IMG/VR virus record: IMGVR_UViG_3300036982_000507
Span: 1 to 39,960 of that record
Reading direction: 5' to 3' (one strand)
Origin: a virus
Lineage: Duplodnaviria > Caudoviricetes
DNA: 39,960 nt
Both the position numbers and the translations under genes were made by a program. Within the stretch, counting starts at the first letter, position 1; each line of letters opens with the position of its first letter. The notes under the pieces are model-generated. The model was not told the DNA's origin, did not search any database, and saw only the letters and a program-made list of their open reading frames with translations. Shown piece after piece: positions 8,938 to 16,287 of the stretch.

Positions 8938-9105
8938 ATTTGTAATCACGGATATGGGGGTAGAGATTTATTGGGGGGGTGACATTTGGGAGTGTGGCGC
9001 TAGATACTTAGTACTCGGCGCGGATCGGCGCGGGGGGTGGCCCGTCGGTCGCGGCGATCGACCCCCCCCCTGCTGTCTCGCGTCCACCCCACCCCGATGC
9101 TTGTG

Positions 9106-9603
9106 TCATCCTCCGCTGTTGTCGATGACATGTTGACTCGATGACGATTGCTCGCCCCCCTGCCATTCGGCAAGCATGATCCGTGCTCGTCCACCCTCGC
9201 CGATGCCTGCGGTCAGCGTCGTGCGTTGGTCCACCGACACCGATGCACGCTCGCGGTAGACGTCAGGACGCAGCGCCTTCAGCCTGAACTGCAACAGCGT
9301 CACCTGTGCAGGCGTCGCGTCTGTCTCGCCTGTTGCGATGGCGTCCACCAGTGTCTCGAGCCTGAGCGCGACCGACGCAGCGGCATCAGCGTGCGCCTGC
9401 CTGAACTTGCTGTCGCGGCGCATCCACCGCATCACCTGCTCGTCGCCCACATCGGCCGCATCACACGCTGCACGCCATCCGTTGGCCGCGTACGTTTCCA
9501 ACCACACCCCTTGTTTGACCTCACGCTTCTGCCTCACAGCGAGGTTATCAACCTCCACGGGGATGCTCTCGAAAAAAAATGTGTCGGTGGCAAATTCCTT
9601 CAT
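9106..9603 (-). CDS. terS: Terminase small subunit
   Basis: HTH-like N-terminal region (AACDAADVGDEQVMRWMRRDSKF) and LLQFRLKALRPDVYRER signature; upstream of terL; ATG 9603 after AGGGG. Confidence 0.8.
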   Translation of the reverse strand: MKEFATDTFFFESIPVEVDNLAVRQKREVKQGVWLETYAANGWRAACDAADVGDEQVMRWMRRDSKFRQAHADAAASVALRLETLVDAIATGETDATPAQVTLLQFRLKALRPDVYRERASVSVDQRTTLTAGIGEGGRARIMLAEWQGGEQSSSSQHVIDNSGG

Positions 9604-9683
9604 ATCCCCTGAGTTTACGTGTGTTTCCGCCGATCGCCTACCACCTTTCCCCACAATCTTTCAAGATTCTCGATACAACCCCC

Positions 9684-9711
9684 TTGACCCACCACAATTG
9701 TGATGTAGAGT
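9684..9711 (+). promoter_or_regulatory. Sigma70-type early promoter with palindrome in spacer
   Basis: TTGACC-16nt-TAGAGT; the spacer contains CACAATTGTG. Confidence 0.65.
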
Positions 9712-9759
9712 GTGTGCAGCAGGACACCCCTGCGGCACAGACGTTCTGTGCTTGACCCC

Positions 9760-9774
9760 GATCTCGAAAGGATC
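9760..9774 (+). promoter_or_regulatory. Start-associated RBS hairpin, copy 1
   Basis: GATCTCGAAAGGATC, 6 nt before ATG 9781. Confidence 0.8.
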
Positions 9775-9780
9775 CCCACC

Positions 9781-10047
9781 ATGACAACTCGCAAGACACT
9801 CAAAGCCGCACAAACCACGCTCCGATTGCAGATCGTTCACAGGACCGACGCGCTGCGTCAATTGAACTCAGGCACGGGGGCTACAAACCTCGATGTGGTC
9901 AACGACTTTCATGAAATCAACGGCCTGATTCAGGCTTTGCTGATAATCGATGGCGATTGGGCAGGCTTGTTTCTCGCAGCAGGACGAGCAAAAAATTACG
10001 CCATGACCAACGTCACCAACATCAACGCTCTCCGCGTGGTGTCCTGA
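9781..10047 (+). CDS. Hypothetical early protein (88 aa)
   Basis: ATG follows the conserved AAAGGA motif; the ORF ends just before a long hairpin. Confidence 0.75.
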   Translation: MTTRKTLKAAQTTLRLQIVHRTDALRQLNSGTGATNLDVVNDFHEINGLIQALLIIDGDWAGLFLAAGRAKNYAMTNVTNINALRVVS

Positions 10048-10056
10048 GTCTGCGGT

Positions 10057-10083
10057 GGGCAGGCGTGCGCCGCACGCTTGCCC
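10057..10083 (+). other. Intergenic GC stem-loop
   Basis: GGGCAGGCGTGC-GCC-GCACGCTTGCCC, 12 bp with one G-T pair, no U-tract. Confidence 0.7.
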
Positions 10084-10117
10084 TCCATGCACTCCGCATG
10101 ATGCATTCAATTCACCC

Positions 10118-10132
10118 GATCTCGAAAGGATC
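10118..10132 (+). promoter_or_regulatory. Start-associated RBS hairpin, copy 2
   Basis: GATCTCGAAAGGATC before ATG 10140. Confidence 0.8.
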
Positions 10133-10139
10133 CCCCACA

Positions 10140-11033
10140 ATGGCATTGCTCACCACCCCCGCCGCCCGTCTCAACGCTTTGACCAACCTGTTATCCGCCG
10201 AAGGCGACATCGCGCAACGCAGGTTCACAACCGTGAACGACCGCGCAGCGGCATTCGTCGCGGCCATGTTTGACCTTGGCCACACCGCAGAGTACTTCGA
10301 CTCCAACACCGTGCGCGTTGACGGGTTGACGATCTGTCGGGCAACCCGTTCTGACTATTGGTCGTACGACATCATCGCGTCCGACCGTGCAACGGTGCTT
10401 GCGGACCGCGATGCGAAGTGGGCCGCTGAGCGTCAGGCGGCAGAGCGTCGCCTCCAAGCACGCGACGCGGCCACTGAGGCGTGGTCCAACGAGGCGGGTG
10501 CGCCCAACGCACAACGCGCCGTCCGAAACGTGCTGCGCACGCTTGGGTGTGTGGTGTCGTTCGTGTGCGATTGCGACTGCCGCGTCACGTTCGACGACGG
10601 GTCCACCATCGACCTCGACATCGACCCCAACATCGACGGATTCGATTACGAGGGCAGCACCGACGACGCAGAATGTGTGCAGGGCTGGGCCGACGCAGCC
10701 GCTGCTGCGGCACACGCGTCGGCCGCGACGTTGCAGTCGGTCGACCCCGCGCTGTCCCGCCACCTAAACGACGCGGTGGCGACCTTTGGCGCATTGGTCA
10801 GAATCAAGGCGCTCGCCGACGACGCGTGTGCGTCGATCAGCGCGGCGATCATCGCCACGCAAACCGCTCGCACGCAATCGTGGAACGCGGCCGCGCTGAA
10901 CGCGAGCGCCCAGTGCGCGCTCATCACCTTGGAGTGCCTTGCGGCGGTCACGGAGTGTGCGGCCAAGCGTGCGGCGGGCGACGCCGCTGCCACGCAAGCA
11001 GCGGCCGCAAAGGACGCAGCGGCCAACGCCTGA
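10140..11033 (+). CDS. Hypothetical Ala-rich early protein (297 aa)
   Basis: Start MALLTTPAAR defined by the repeat RBS; GC3-rich codons. Confidence 0.8.
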   Translation: MALLTTPAARLNALTNLLSAEGDIAQRRFTTVNDRAAAFVAAMFDLGHTAEYFDSNTVRVDGLTICRATRSDYWSYDIIASDRATVLADRDAKWAAERQAAERRLQARDAATEAWSNEAGAPNAQRAVRNVLRTLGCVVSFVCDCDCRVTFDDGSTIDLDIDPNIDGFDYEGSTDDAECVQGWADAAAAAAHASAATLQSVDPALSRHLNDAVATFGALVRIKALADDACASISAAIIATQTARTQSWNAAALNASAQCALITLECLAAVTECAAKRAAGDAAATQAAAAKDAAANA

Positions 11034-11039
11034 TCATGT

Positions 11040-11074
11040 GGGCAGGTTGTGGACAAGTGCGCCACAACCTGCCC
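11040..11074 (+). other. Intergenic GC stem-loop
   Basis: GGGCAGGTTGTGG-9nt-CCACAACCTGCCC, perfect 13-bp stem, no U-tract. Confidence 0.75.
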
Positions 11075-11077
11075 CGC

Positions 11078-11106
11078 TTGACAGCCTCCTACAATTGTGG
11101 TAGAAC
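11078..11106 (+). promoter_or_regulatory. Sigma70-type early promoter
   Basis: TTGACA-17nt-TAGAAC with TGn extension; the spacer contains ACAATTGT. Confidence 0.65.
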
Positions 11107-11130
11107 ACCTTCTCAGCATTCATTCACCCC

Positions 11131-11147
11131 TGTTCTCGAAAGGAACA
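11131..11147 (+). promoter_or_regulatory. Start-associated RBS hairpin, copy 3
   Basis: TGTTCTCGAAAGGAACA before ATG 11153. Confidence 0.8.
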
Positions 11148-11152
11148 CCCCC

Positions 11153-11695
11153 ATGCAAAGCAACTGGCCAACCACGTTCGTGATCCACTCGTACCTGCTC
11201 CCCACCCCGCGCTACCTCGTCAGCGCCAAGGTTCCCACCAACGTGGTGTGGACGACCGACCGAAACAAGGCGGCGCAGTTCGCCGACTTTGACACCGCGC
11301 GCGCGCTGTCGTGGGAAATCGGCGGCGGCACCTCGCGCGTCGAAGAAATCGCCGCCGACGCCACAGACCGCGCGGCTCTGCTTGAGGCGCAATCGGTCAA
11401 GCACAGCGCCGAACTGCTTGAGCAGGCACACCTGCGCAGCGCCGACCTTGCCACGAAGGCAACTGAACTGCGCAACCGCATCGTGTCCGACACGCGGCTG
11501 CTTGGACGGCCGTACGCACACACCAAGATCACCAACGTCCGCATGACGGCGATGCACCTGCTCGGCCAAGTGTCCGCGTACGCCGTCCTGACGAGCGACG
11601 ACGACACCATCAACGACGCGTTCGCGCTGCGCGGGGACGTGGTGAAAGCACGCGACGCCGCGCTTGAGACATTCCGCACCAAGAAGTCCCGCTGA
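11153..11695 (+). CDS. Hypothetical early protein (180 aa)
   Basis: Start MQSNWPTTF defined by the repeat RBS; contains WTTDRNKAAQF, a motif common in small phage proteins. Confidence 0.8.
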   Translation: MQSNWPTTFVIHSYLLPTPRYLVSAKVPTNVVWTTDRNKAAQFADFDTARALSWEIGGGTSRVEEIAADATDRAALLEAQSVKHSAELLEQAHLRSADLATKATELRNRIVSDTRLLGRPYAHTKITNVRMTAMHLLGQVSAYAVLTSDDDTINDAFALRGDVVKARDAALETFRTKKSR

Positions 11696-11697
11696 GT

Positions 11698-11738
11698 GCG
11701 CGGTGGCGGGGCATGACACACACGCCCCGCCGCCGCGC
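11698..11738 (+). other. Intergenic GC stem-loop
   Basis: GCGCGGTGGCGGGGC-11nt-GCCCCGCCGCCGCGC, 15 bp with one G-T pair, directly after the stop codon. Confidence 0.75.
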
Positions 11739-11786
11739 CCAATAACCACGACTTGCACAATCTTGCAATAATTCGCACTAAAGTGG

Positions 11787-11814
11787 TTGACTCGTGTCGA
11801 TCACGCGCTACACT
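11787..11814 (+). promoter_or_regulatory. Sigma70-type early promoter
   Basis: TTGACT-16nt-TACACT; the spacer holds the inverted repeat CGTG-TCGAT-CACG. Confidence 0.7.
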
Positions 11815-11841
11815 CCCTGAGTCAACCCCGCCAGTTCACCC

Positions 11842-11856
11842 GTTCTCGAAAGGAAC
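11842..11856 (+). promoter_or_regulatory. Start-associated RBS hairpin, copy 4
   Basis: GTTCTCGAAAGGAAC before ATG 11864. Confidence 0.8.
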
Positions 11857-11863
11857 ACCCACC

Positions 11864-12802
11864 ATGACAACGTTCTTTCACTCGATCCTGCACAAGGGCA
11901 CCCGCGCCGTCAACACCATCTACCACATGAGCAATCGGTACGCGACGTTCAACGAGGCGGCTGACGAGGCGTACGGGGCCGTTCCCGCGGGCAGCACCAA
12001 CAACTGGTTGATTTGCGTGTACCACGTTGAAAACGGCGTCGGCCGCGAGGTCACTGCTGACGGCAGCGAGATCATCCCCGACGGGTGTGGCCGCGTGGTC
12101 GTTGTTCCGTGCACAACTGTGCACGGGTTCCACGCGCGGCTCCACGTCGCTGAGGAGAATGCGCACGCGGCAGCGCGTGCCGTGATCGACGCCACGATTC
12201 GGATGAACCTCGCGCCCGTCGGCGACCGCGACGCGACGGGCGACAAGGACAACGCCGAATGGTGCTTTCGGCAGCGGTTGCTGCTGCTTGGCGAGGCGGT
12301 GGTGCTTGCGGACAACGCGCGCAAGGCGGAGGCTACGGCGGCTGTGGTCGACCATGTCGGTGAGCCCACCGAATTGGTGGTCGACCCTTGCTGCTACTGC
12401 GGCGAGTCGACGGCGTGCGGCAACGGCAAGTTTGTGAACCGCATCCCGTCGGACGGTGGCGATGCCAACGGCCCCGACGTGTGGGCGTGCGAGGCGTGCA
12501 CCTCGCCCGACCTCGACGAACTGCTCGACCGTGCCGTACGCGAGCACGCCGCAGCCCTCGCGCTGTGGTCTGCGCGGACGTGGGAAGACGCAGGCATTGC
12601 GGCCGACACCCGCACGTTCGCGCGCGACGCGCTCGACCACCTGCTCCGCAACAACTACGAGTTTGCCGCACGTTGCGCCTGCAACGCGGTCAAATTGGAG
12701 GCTGAGTATTTCGGCGACATCGGTGTGTGGACAGCGTTCGCCGAATGCTGCATCGAGTGCCGCGACTTTACGGGCGTGACCGCACAGGAGGAAACACAAT
12801 GA
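11864..12802 (+). CDS. Hypothetical early protein with putative Zn finger (312 aa)
   Basis: CCYCGEST..GKFVNRIP...ACEAC gives a CxxC...CxxC module; start defined by the repeat RBS. Confidence 0.78.
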   Translation: MTTFFHSILHKGTRAVNTIYHMSNRYATFNEAADEAYGAVPAGSTNNWLICVYHVENGVGREVTADGSEIIPDGCGRVVVVPCTTVHGFHARLHVAEENAHAAARAVIDATIRMNLAPVGDRDATGDKDNAEWCFRQRLLLLGEAVVLADNARKAEATAAVVDHVGEPTELVVDPCCYCGESTACGNGKFVNRIPSDGGDANGPDVWACEACTSPDLDELLDRAVREHAAALALWSARTWEDAGIAADTRTFARDALDHLLRNNYEFAARCACNAVKLEAEYFGDIGVWTAFAECCIECRDFTGVTAQEETQ

Positions 12803-13167
12803 ACGCAAACGATCTTGCAACAGTTCTTGAGGATAATCAGAGACTACGCATCGAGAACGATCAACTCCGCAAGGACTTTGAGTTTGACCTTCGCGAGCGA
12901 AACGCAGCGATATGCGAGCGCGACGCGGCGATTCTTGAACGAGACAAGGCGCAAGTTGATCAGAGATTGATCGATGAACTTTGGGATCGCAGAACAGAGA
13001 TGACTGATATGAAGGAACAGATCAAACGCCTGCGCGAAGAGCGGGATGCTGCACGGCGGGAAGTGTGCCATTGGATGAACACAGATGAGAGCGGATGCAT
13101 CAAGCATGGATCCAAAGAAACCGCCATCACCCGTGGATGGGATTGCTTCAAGGAGGAAACACAATGA
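12786..13167 (+). repeat. 17-bp direct repeat AGGAGGAAACACAATGA flanking one gene
   Basis: Exact copies at 12786-12802 and 13151-13167. Confidence 0.9.
12799..13167 (+). CDS. Coiled-coil hypothetical protein (122 aa)
   Basis: AGGAGG RBS, ATGA overlap; heptad-like sequence ending ERDAARREVC...RGWDCF; visibly more AT-rich than its neighbours. Confidence 0.8.
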   Translation: MNANDLATVLEDNQRLRIENDQLRKDFEFDLRERNAAICERDAAILERDKAQVDQRLIDELWDRRTEMTDMKEQIKRLREERDAARREVCHWMNTDESGCIKHGSKETAITRGWDCFKEETQ

Positions 13168-13436
13168 GCGGTGCGTGTCTTTTCATCGCATGGCTACCCG
13201 TGTGCAAATGCTACGGCGCGTTCTTCGGCGACCCGCGCGCCAACCCGTCGACGTGGACGTTTGTGCTCGGCTACGCCACGGGCTTGTACGGCATCACCGC
13301 GTTGCGGGAGTTTGCCGCAGCGAATGGCGCGACGCTCACCCGTCTGCGCACGAAGCGAATCAGCCCCGTGTACCGATTGGATTTCGTGCCAGTGGTCACG
13401 GATTCCGTGACCACTGGCGAGGAGGAACAGCCATGA
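13164..13436 (+). CDS. Hypothetical protein (90 aa)
   Basis: AGGAGG RBS, ATGA overlaps at both ends. Confidence 0.7.
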   Translation: MSGACLFIAWLPVCKCYGAFFGDPRANPSTWTFVLGYATGLYGITALREFAAANGATLTRLRTKRISPVYRLDFVPVVTDSVTTGEEEQP

Positions 13437-13660
13437 CGCGGAGCACCGACGTCGACACGTGCAACGACCGAGCGCGTCGGGGTGTCGCCGACGCGCTCGA
13501 ACGCCACGGCCGCACGTGGTACTGGCTTGGCTGCGAGGTACAGCGCCGACGGCTTGGCAGCGCCTCGACCGTGCACCAGTGGCGTGCGGGCCACATCAGG
13601 GCCATCGGGTGCGGGCTGTACCTCGCCATCGTGGACCTGCTTGCTGCGGAGGCACGATGA
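13433..13660 (+). CDS. Putative Cro/XRE-like HTH protein (75 aa)
   Basis: ALERHGRTWYWLGCEV...SASTVHQWRAG resembles an XRE HTH; GAGGAGG RBS; ATGA overlaps. Confidence 0.55.
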   Translation: MTRSTDVDTCNDRARRGVADALERHGRTWYWLGCEVQRRRLGSASTVHQWRAGHIRAIGCGLYLAIVDLLAAEAR

Positions 13661-13893
13661 TAACGGTTGCCAACAGGATCAAGGCGTACGCCATCGGCAA
13701 CGCCGTCTACTGCGTCAACTGCACCAAACGCGCGTACGACCGTGGCGCGTACGTGCTCGACGGCCGCGACGTCCACGACCACCACGGCGTGGGGATGTGG
13801 GTGTCGGACACCCACGGCGACCCCGTGCACGCCGTGTTCACCATTCTGCACCCCACCAACTGCGACACCTGTCGCGAAAGCCTCACACCATGA
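13657..13893 (+). CDS. Small Zn-finger protein (78 aa)
   Basis: YCVNC...CDTC; GGAGG RBS; ATGA overlaps. Confidence 0.7.
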   Translation: MITVANRIKAYAIGNAVYCVNCTKRAYDRGAYVLDGRDVHDHHGVGMWVSDTHGDPVHAVFTILHPTNCDTCRESLTP

Positions 13894-13988
13894 CCGATGC
13901 CCCACCACCACCACCGTCAACACTCACCGACATCATCGGCACCCTCATCACGTTTGCGGGGCTCATCGCCCTTGTCACATTTCTCTGA
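13890..13988 (+). CDS. 32-aa membrane peptide
   Basis: MTDAPPPPPSTLTDIIGTLITFAGLIALVTFL; ATGA overlap; one hydrophobic segment. Confidence 0.5.
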   Translation: MTDAPPPPPSTLTDIIGTLITFAGLIALVTFL

Positions 13989-14006
13989 GATTCTTTGCGC
14001 AACCCC

Positions 14007-14034
14007 TTGCACATCACAAAAGTGATGTCATACT
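14007..14034 (+). promoter_or_regulatory. Sigma70-type promoter with perfect operator-like palindrome
   Basis: TTGCAC-16nt-CATACT; ACATCAC-AAAA-GTGATGT at 14011-14028. Confidence 0.7.
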
Positions 14035-14067
14035 ACCCCCATCGGCCGCGTGTGCGGCCACCCCCCC

Positions 14068-14082
14068 GTTCTCGAAAGGAAC
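14068..14082 (+). promoter_or_regulatory. Start-associated RBS hairpin, copy 5
   Basis: GTTCTCGAAAGGAAC before ATG 14091. Confidence 0.8.
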
Positions 14083-14090
14083 ACGACACA

Positions 14091-15083
14091 ATGGCTTCTG
14101 AAATTTACAGCAACGACCACATCGCACTCGCCAACACCGCCGCATGGCACGGGCTTGGCACCGTCATCCCCCACACCATGTCGCCGTTGCAGGCGCTTGA
14201 CGTGGCGAAACTCAACTGGACTGTCGACGAATCGTCGCTGATGTCGGCCACGTGGGTCGACGGCGTTGGCGCGGCCGACATCGTCGAGGTCACCACACAC
14301 AAGTCGCTGCGACGCAGCGACGACCTTACGGTGCTCAGCACCGTCGGGTGCGACTATTGTGTGTTGCAGAACGCGACCCTCGCATCGTTTGCGGCGGCGC
14401 TTAGCGCCACGGGCAACGTGCAGGTGGAAACGGCGGGCTCGCTGTTTGGCGGACGCAAGGTGTTCTTCTTGCTGCACGCGGGGTCGGTTGACGTCGCGTC
14501 CAAAGGCGACATCGTGGAGCAGTACATTTTGCTTGCGAACAGCCACGACGGCAGCATGGCGGTCACCGCGCTTGCGACGTCGGTACGCGTCGTGTGCAAC
14601 AACACCCTGACGCGTGCGACCAGTGGCAACGGCATCGCCACCCGTTGGCGCCACACCAGTGGGCTCACGCTGAAGGCCGACGACATCGCCAAGGCCATCG
14701 CGTCGTTCGGCATGGCCGCACAGGCAGAGGCCCGCGAGTTCGACGCACTGGCGGCGAAGTCGCTTACCAGTGAGGAAATCAGCGCGCTGTGGCTCGACGT
14801 GCTGCTCGCGCTTGACGGCCCCGTCGCGTTCAACCCTGCGACTGAGCAGCAGCAGCGCCGCAAAGACAAGTGTGTCGCCGCGCTCGCTCACATGTCGAGC
14901 ACGTTCGACGCGGAGGCGCCGTCGTACGGGGCCAACGCGTGGGTGGCGGCAAACGCGGCCACCAACTACATCCAGTTCGCACGCGGCAATCTCAAGGCTG
15001 ACGCGCGGATCAATTCCGATTTGTTCGGCGCGTACGCCGACGCGAAGCGGACTGTGATGGGCCTTGCCCTCGCGACCATCTGA
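14091..15083 (+). CDS. DUF932 / TIGR03299-family protein
   Basis: AWHGLG, LNWTV, ETAGSLFGGRKVF, LLANSHDGS and SVRVVCNNTL motifs. Confidence 0.9.
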   Translation: MASEIYSNDHIALANTAAWHGLGTVIPHTMSPLQALDVAKLNWTVDESSLMSATWVDGVGAADIVEVTTHKSLRRSDDLTVLSTVGCDYCVLQNATLASFAAALSATGNVQVETAGSLFGGRKVFFLLHAGSVDVASKGDIVEQYILLANSHDGSMAVTALATSVRVVCNNTLTRATSGNGIATRWRHTSGLTLKADDIAKAIASFGMAAQAEAREFDALAAKSLTSEEISALWLDVLLALDGPVAFNPATEQQQRRKDKCVAALAHMSSTFDAEAPSYGANAWVAANAATNYIQFARGNLKADARINSDLFGAYADAKRTVMGLALATI

Positions 15084-15094
15084 CCCAACGCCTG

Positions 15095-15134
15095 CCGCAG
15101 GGTAGGGGGTAGCACCCCACCCCTTCCCCTGCGG
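15095..15134 (+). other. Imperfect intergenic GC stem-loop
   Basis: CCGCAGGG...CCCTGCGG outer stem with inner GGGGT/ACCCC, just after the DUF932 stop. Confidence 0.55.
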
Positions 15135-15154
15135 TGGGCTGTTCCACCACACCA

Positions 15155-15442
15155 ATGAGCACCAAAATGACCACACCCGAATCGCTTCGCACCAAGCCCC
15201 GACCGCACGAAACCATCAGCATCGGGGGCCGCACCAAATGGAAGTTCGACGCCCTGTGCCTTGCGGGCCGACGGTCGCGGACCGCAACCATCGACGTGCT
15301 GATGGACTTCTTCCTAAAGCACAACCCCACCGTCCGCGACTTTGTCGAGGACCGTATGAACGACCCCAAGACACCCCAACCCAAACGAAAACCGTCGGAC
15401 GACGCTGACGCGTCGCCAAACGATGAAAGGACCACACCATGA
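15155..15442 (+). CDS. Putative ribbon-helix-helix DNA-binding protein
   Basis: ETISIGGRTKWKFDALCLAGRRSRTATIDVLMDFFL fits the beta-alpha-alpha RHH pattern; start could be 15155 or 15167. Confidence 0.6.
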   Translation: MSTKMTTPESLRTKPRPHETISIGGRTKWKFDALCLAGRRSRTATIDVLMDFFLKHNPTVRDFVEDRMNDPKTPQPKRKPSDDADASPNDERTTP

Positions 15443-16275
15443 GTGTACCACCCACAGGACTGCACCACCTTTCGGACGCTGATTATTTTTCGATTGATTT
15501 GCCATCGAGCAGCCAAACCAAGACGCTGCTGTCGGGGACCAACGCGCATCTCGCGTTCGACCGCGCAACACCCCGTGCCGACACCGACGCGTTTGCGCTT
15601 GGCGCGTACGTGCACGCGCTGCTGCTCGCACCCGAGTCGATCGAGTCAGGCTTCGTGAAGGCGGGGACCATCGACAAACGCACCACCGCAGGCAAGGCGG
15701 AGTACGCGGCGTTGGTGTCGCGTGCCGAGCGCAACAACGCGCGAATCATCACCGCTGAATTGGTGTGGCAGGCCGAGGAAATGGCCGCGAGTGTGCGCGC
15801 AAACCCCAGTGCACGCGCCTTGCTCGACGCGCTAACCGAGCGCGAGGTGACGGTCATCGGCGAGATTGCCGAGCAGCCTGCCAAGGGAAAGGTAGACGGG
15901 ATCATCCGCCTGCCCAACTTCAACGCGTGCGCGATCGTTGACCTCAAAACAACAGAGTCGGCGTCGGCGTTTGACTTCGCGAGCAGTGCCGCAAAGTTTG
16001 GCTACTACCATCAGGCGGCATTCTACCGCCGACTGGTCGAGCAAACCGTTGCCGTGGTCGACGACGTCATCGTCATCGCGGTTGAGAAGAAGGCCCCGTA
16101 CCTGTGCGCCGTGTACCGTATCCCCGTGGTCGCCATCGAAACCGCCAACGCAAAGATTGACGGGCTTGTCAAGCGTTGGTGGGACGTGCACGACGGCGAC
16201 GTGACAGGGTACCCCACCGACATCACCCCCCTGACACCACCGCGTTGGTGGATGTCTGCTGCCAACGATTCCTGA
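15439..16275 (+). CDS. RecE/exonuclease VIII-like PD-(D/E)xK nuclease (DUF3799-like)
   Basis: SSSQTK, LGAYVHALLL, KGKVDG, IVDLKTT, YYHQAAFY and AVEKKAPY motifs. Confidence 0.9.
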   Translation: MSVPPTGLHHLSDADYFSIDLPSSSQTKTLLSGTNAHLAFDRATPRADTDAFALGAYVHALLLAPESIESGFVKAGTIDKRTTAGKAEYAALVSRAERNNARIITAELVWQAEEMAASVRANPSARALLDALTEREVTVIGEIAEQPAKGKVDGIIRLPNFNACAIVDLKTTESASAFDFASSAAKFGYYHQAAFYRRLVEQTVAVVDDVIVIAVEKKAPYLCAVYRIPVVAIETANAKIDGLVKRWWDVHDGDVTGYPTDITPLTPPRWWMSAANDS

Positions 16276-16281
16276 AAGGAA
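16269..16281 (+). promoter_or_regulatory. Start-associated RBS hairpin, variant copy 6
   Basis: TTCCTGAAAGGAA overlapping the nuclease stop, before ATG 16288. Confidence 0.6.
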
Positions 16282-16287
16282 CACCCC

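Noticed and set aside
9572-9579. T8 run (minus strand) near the terS start as a slippery site
   Set aside because: No credible alternative-frame product or stimulatory structure seen.
9604-9680. ECF-type late promoter upstream of terS (GGAAAC, CGTAAA, AATCTT-GA-AAGATT palindrome)
   Set aside because: Element spacing does not fit and no second copy was found to define a consensus.
9760-14082. TCTCGAAAGGA repeats as a CRISPR array or integron attC sites
   Set aside because: Spacing is irregular and gene-sized, copies always sit at the RBS, and no cas or integrase gene was recognised.
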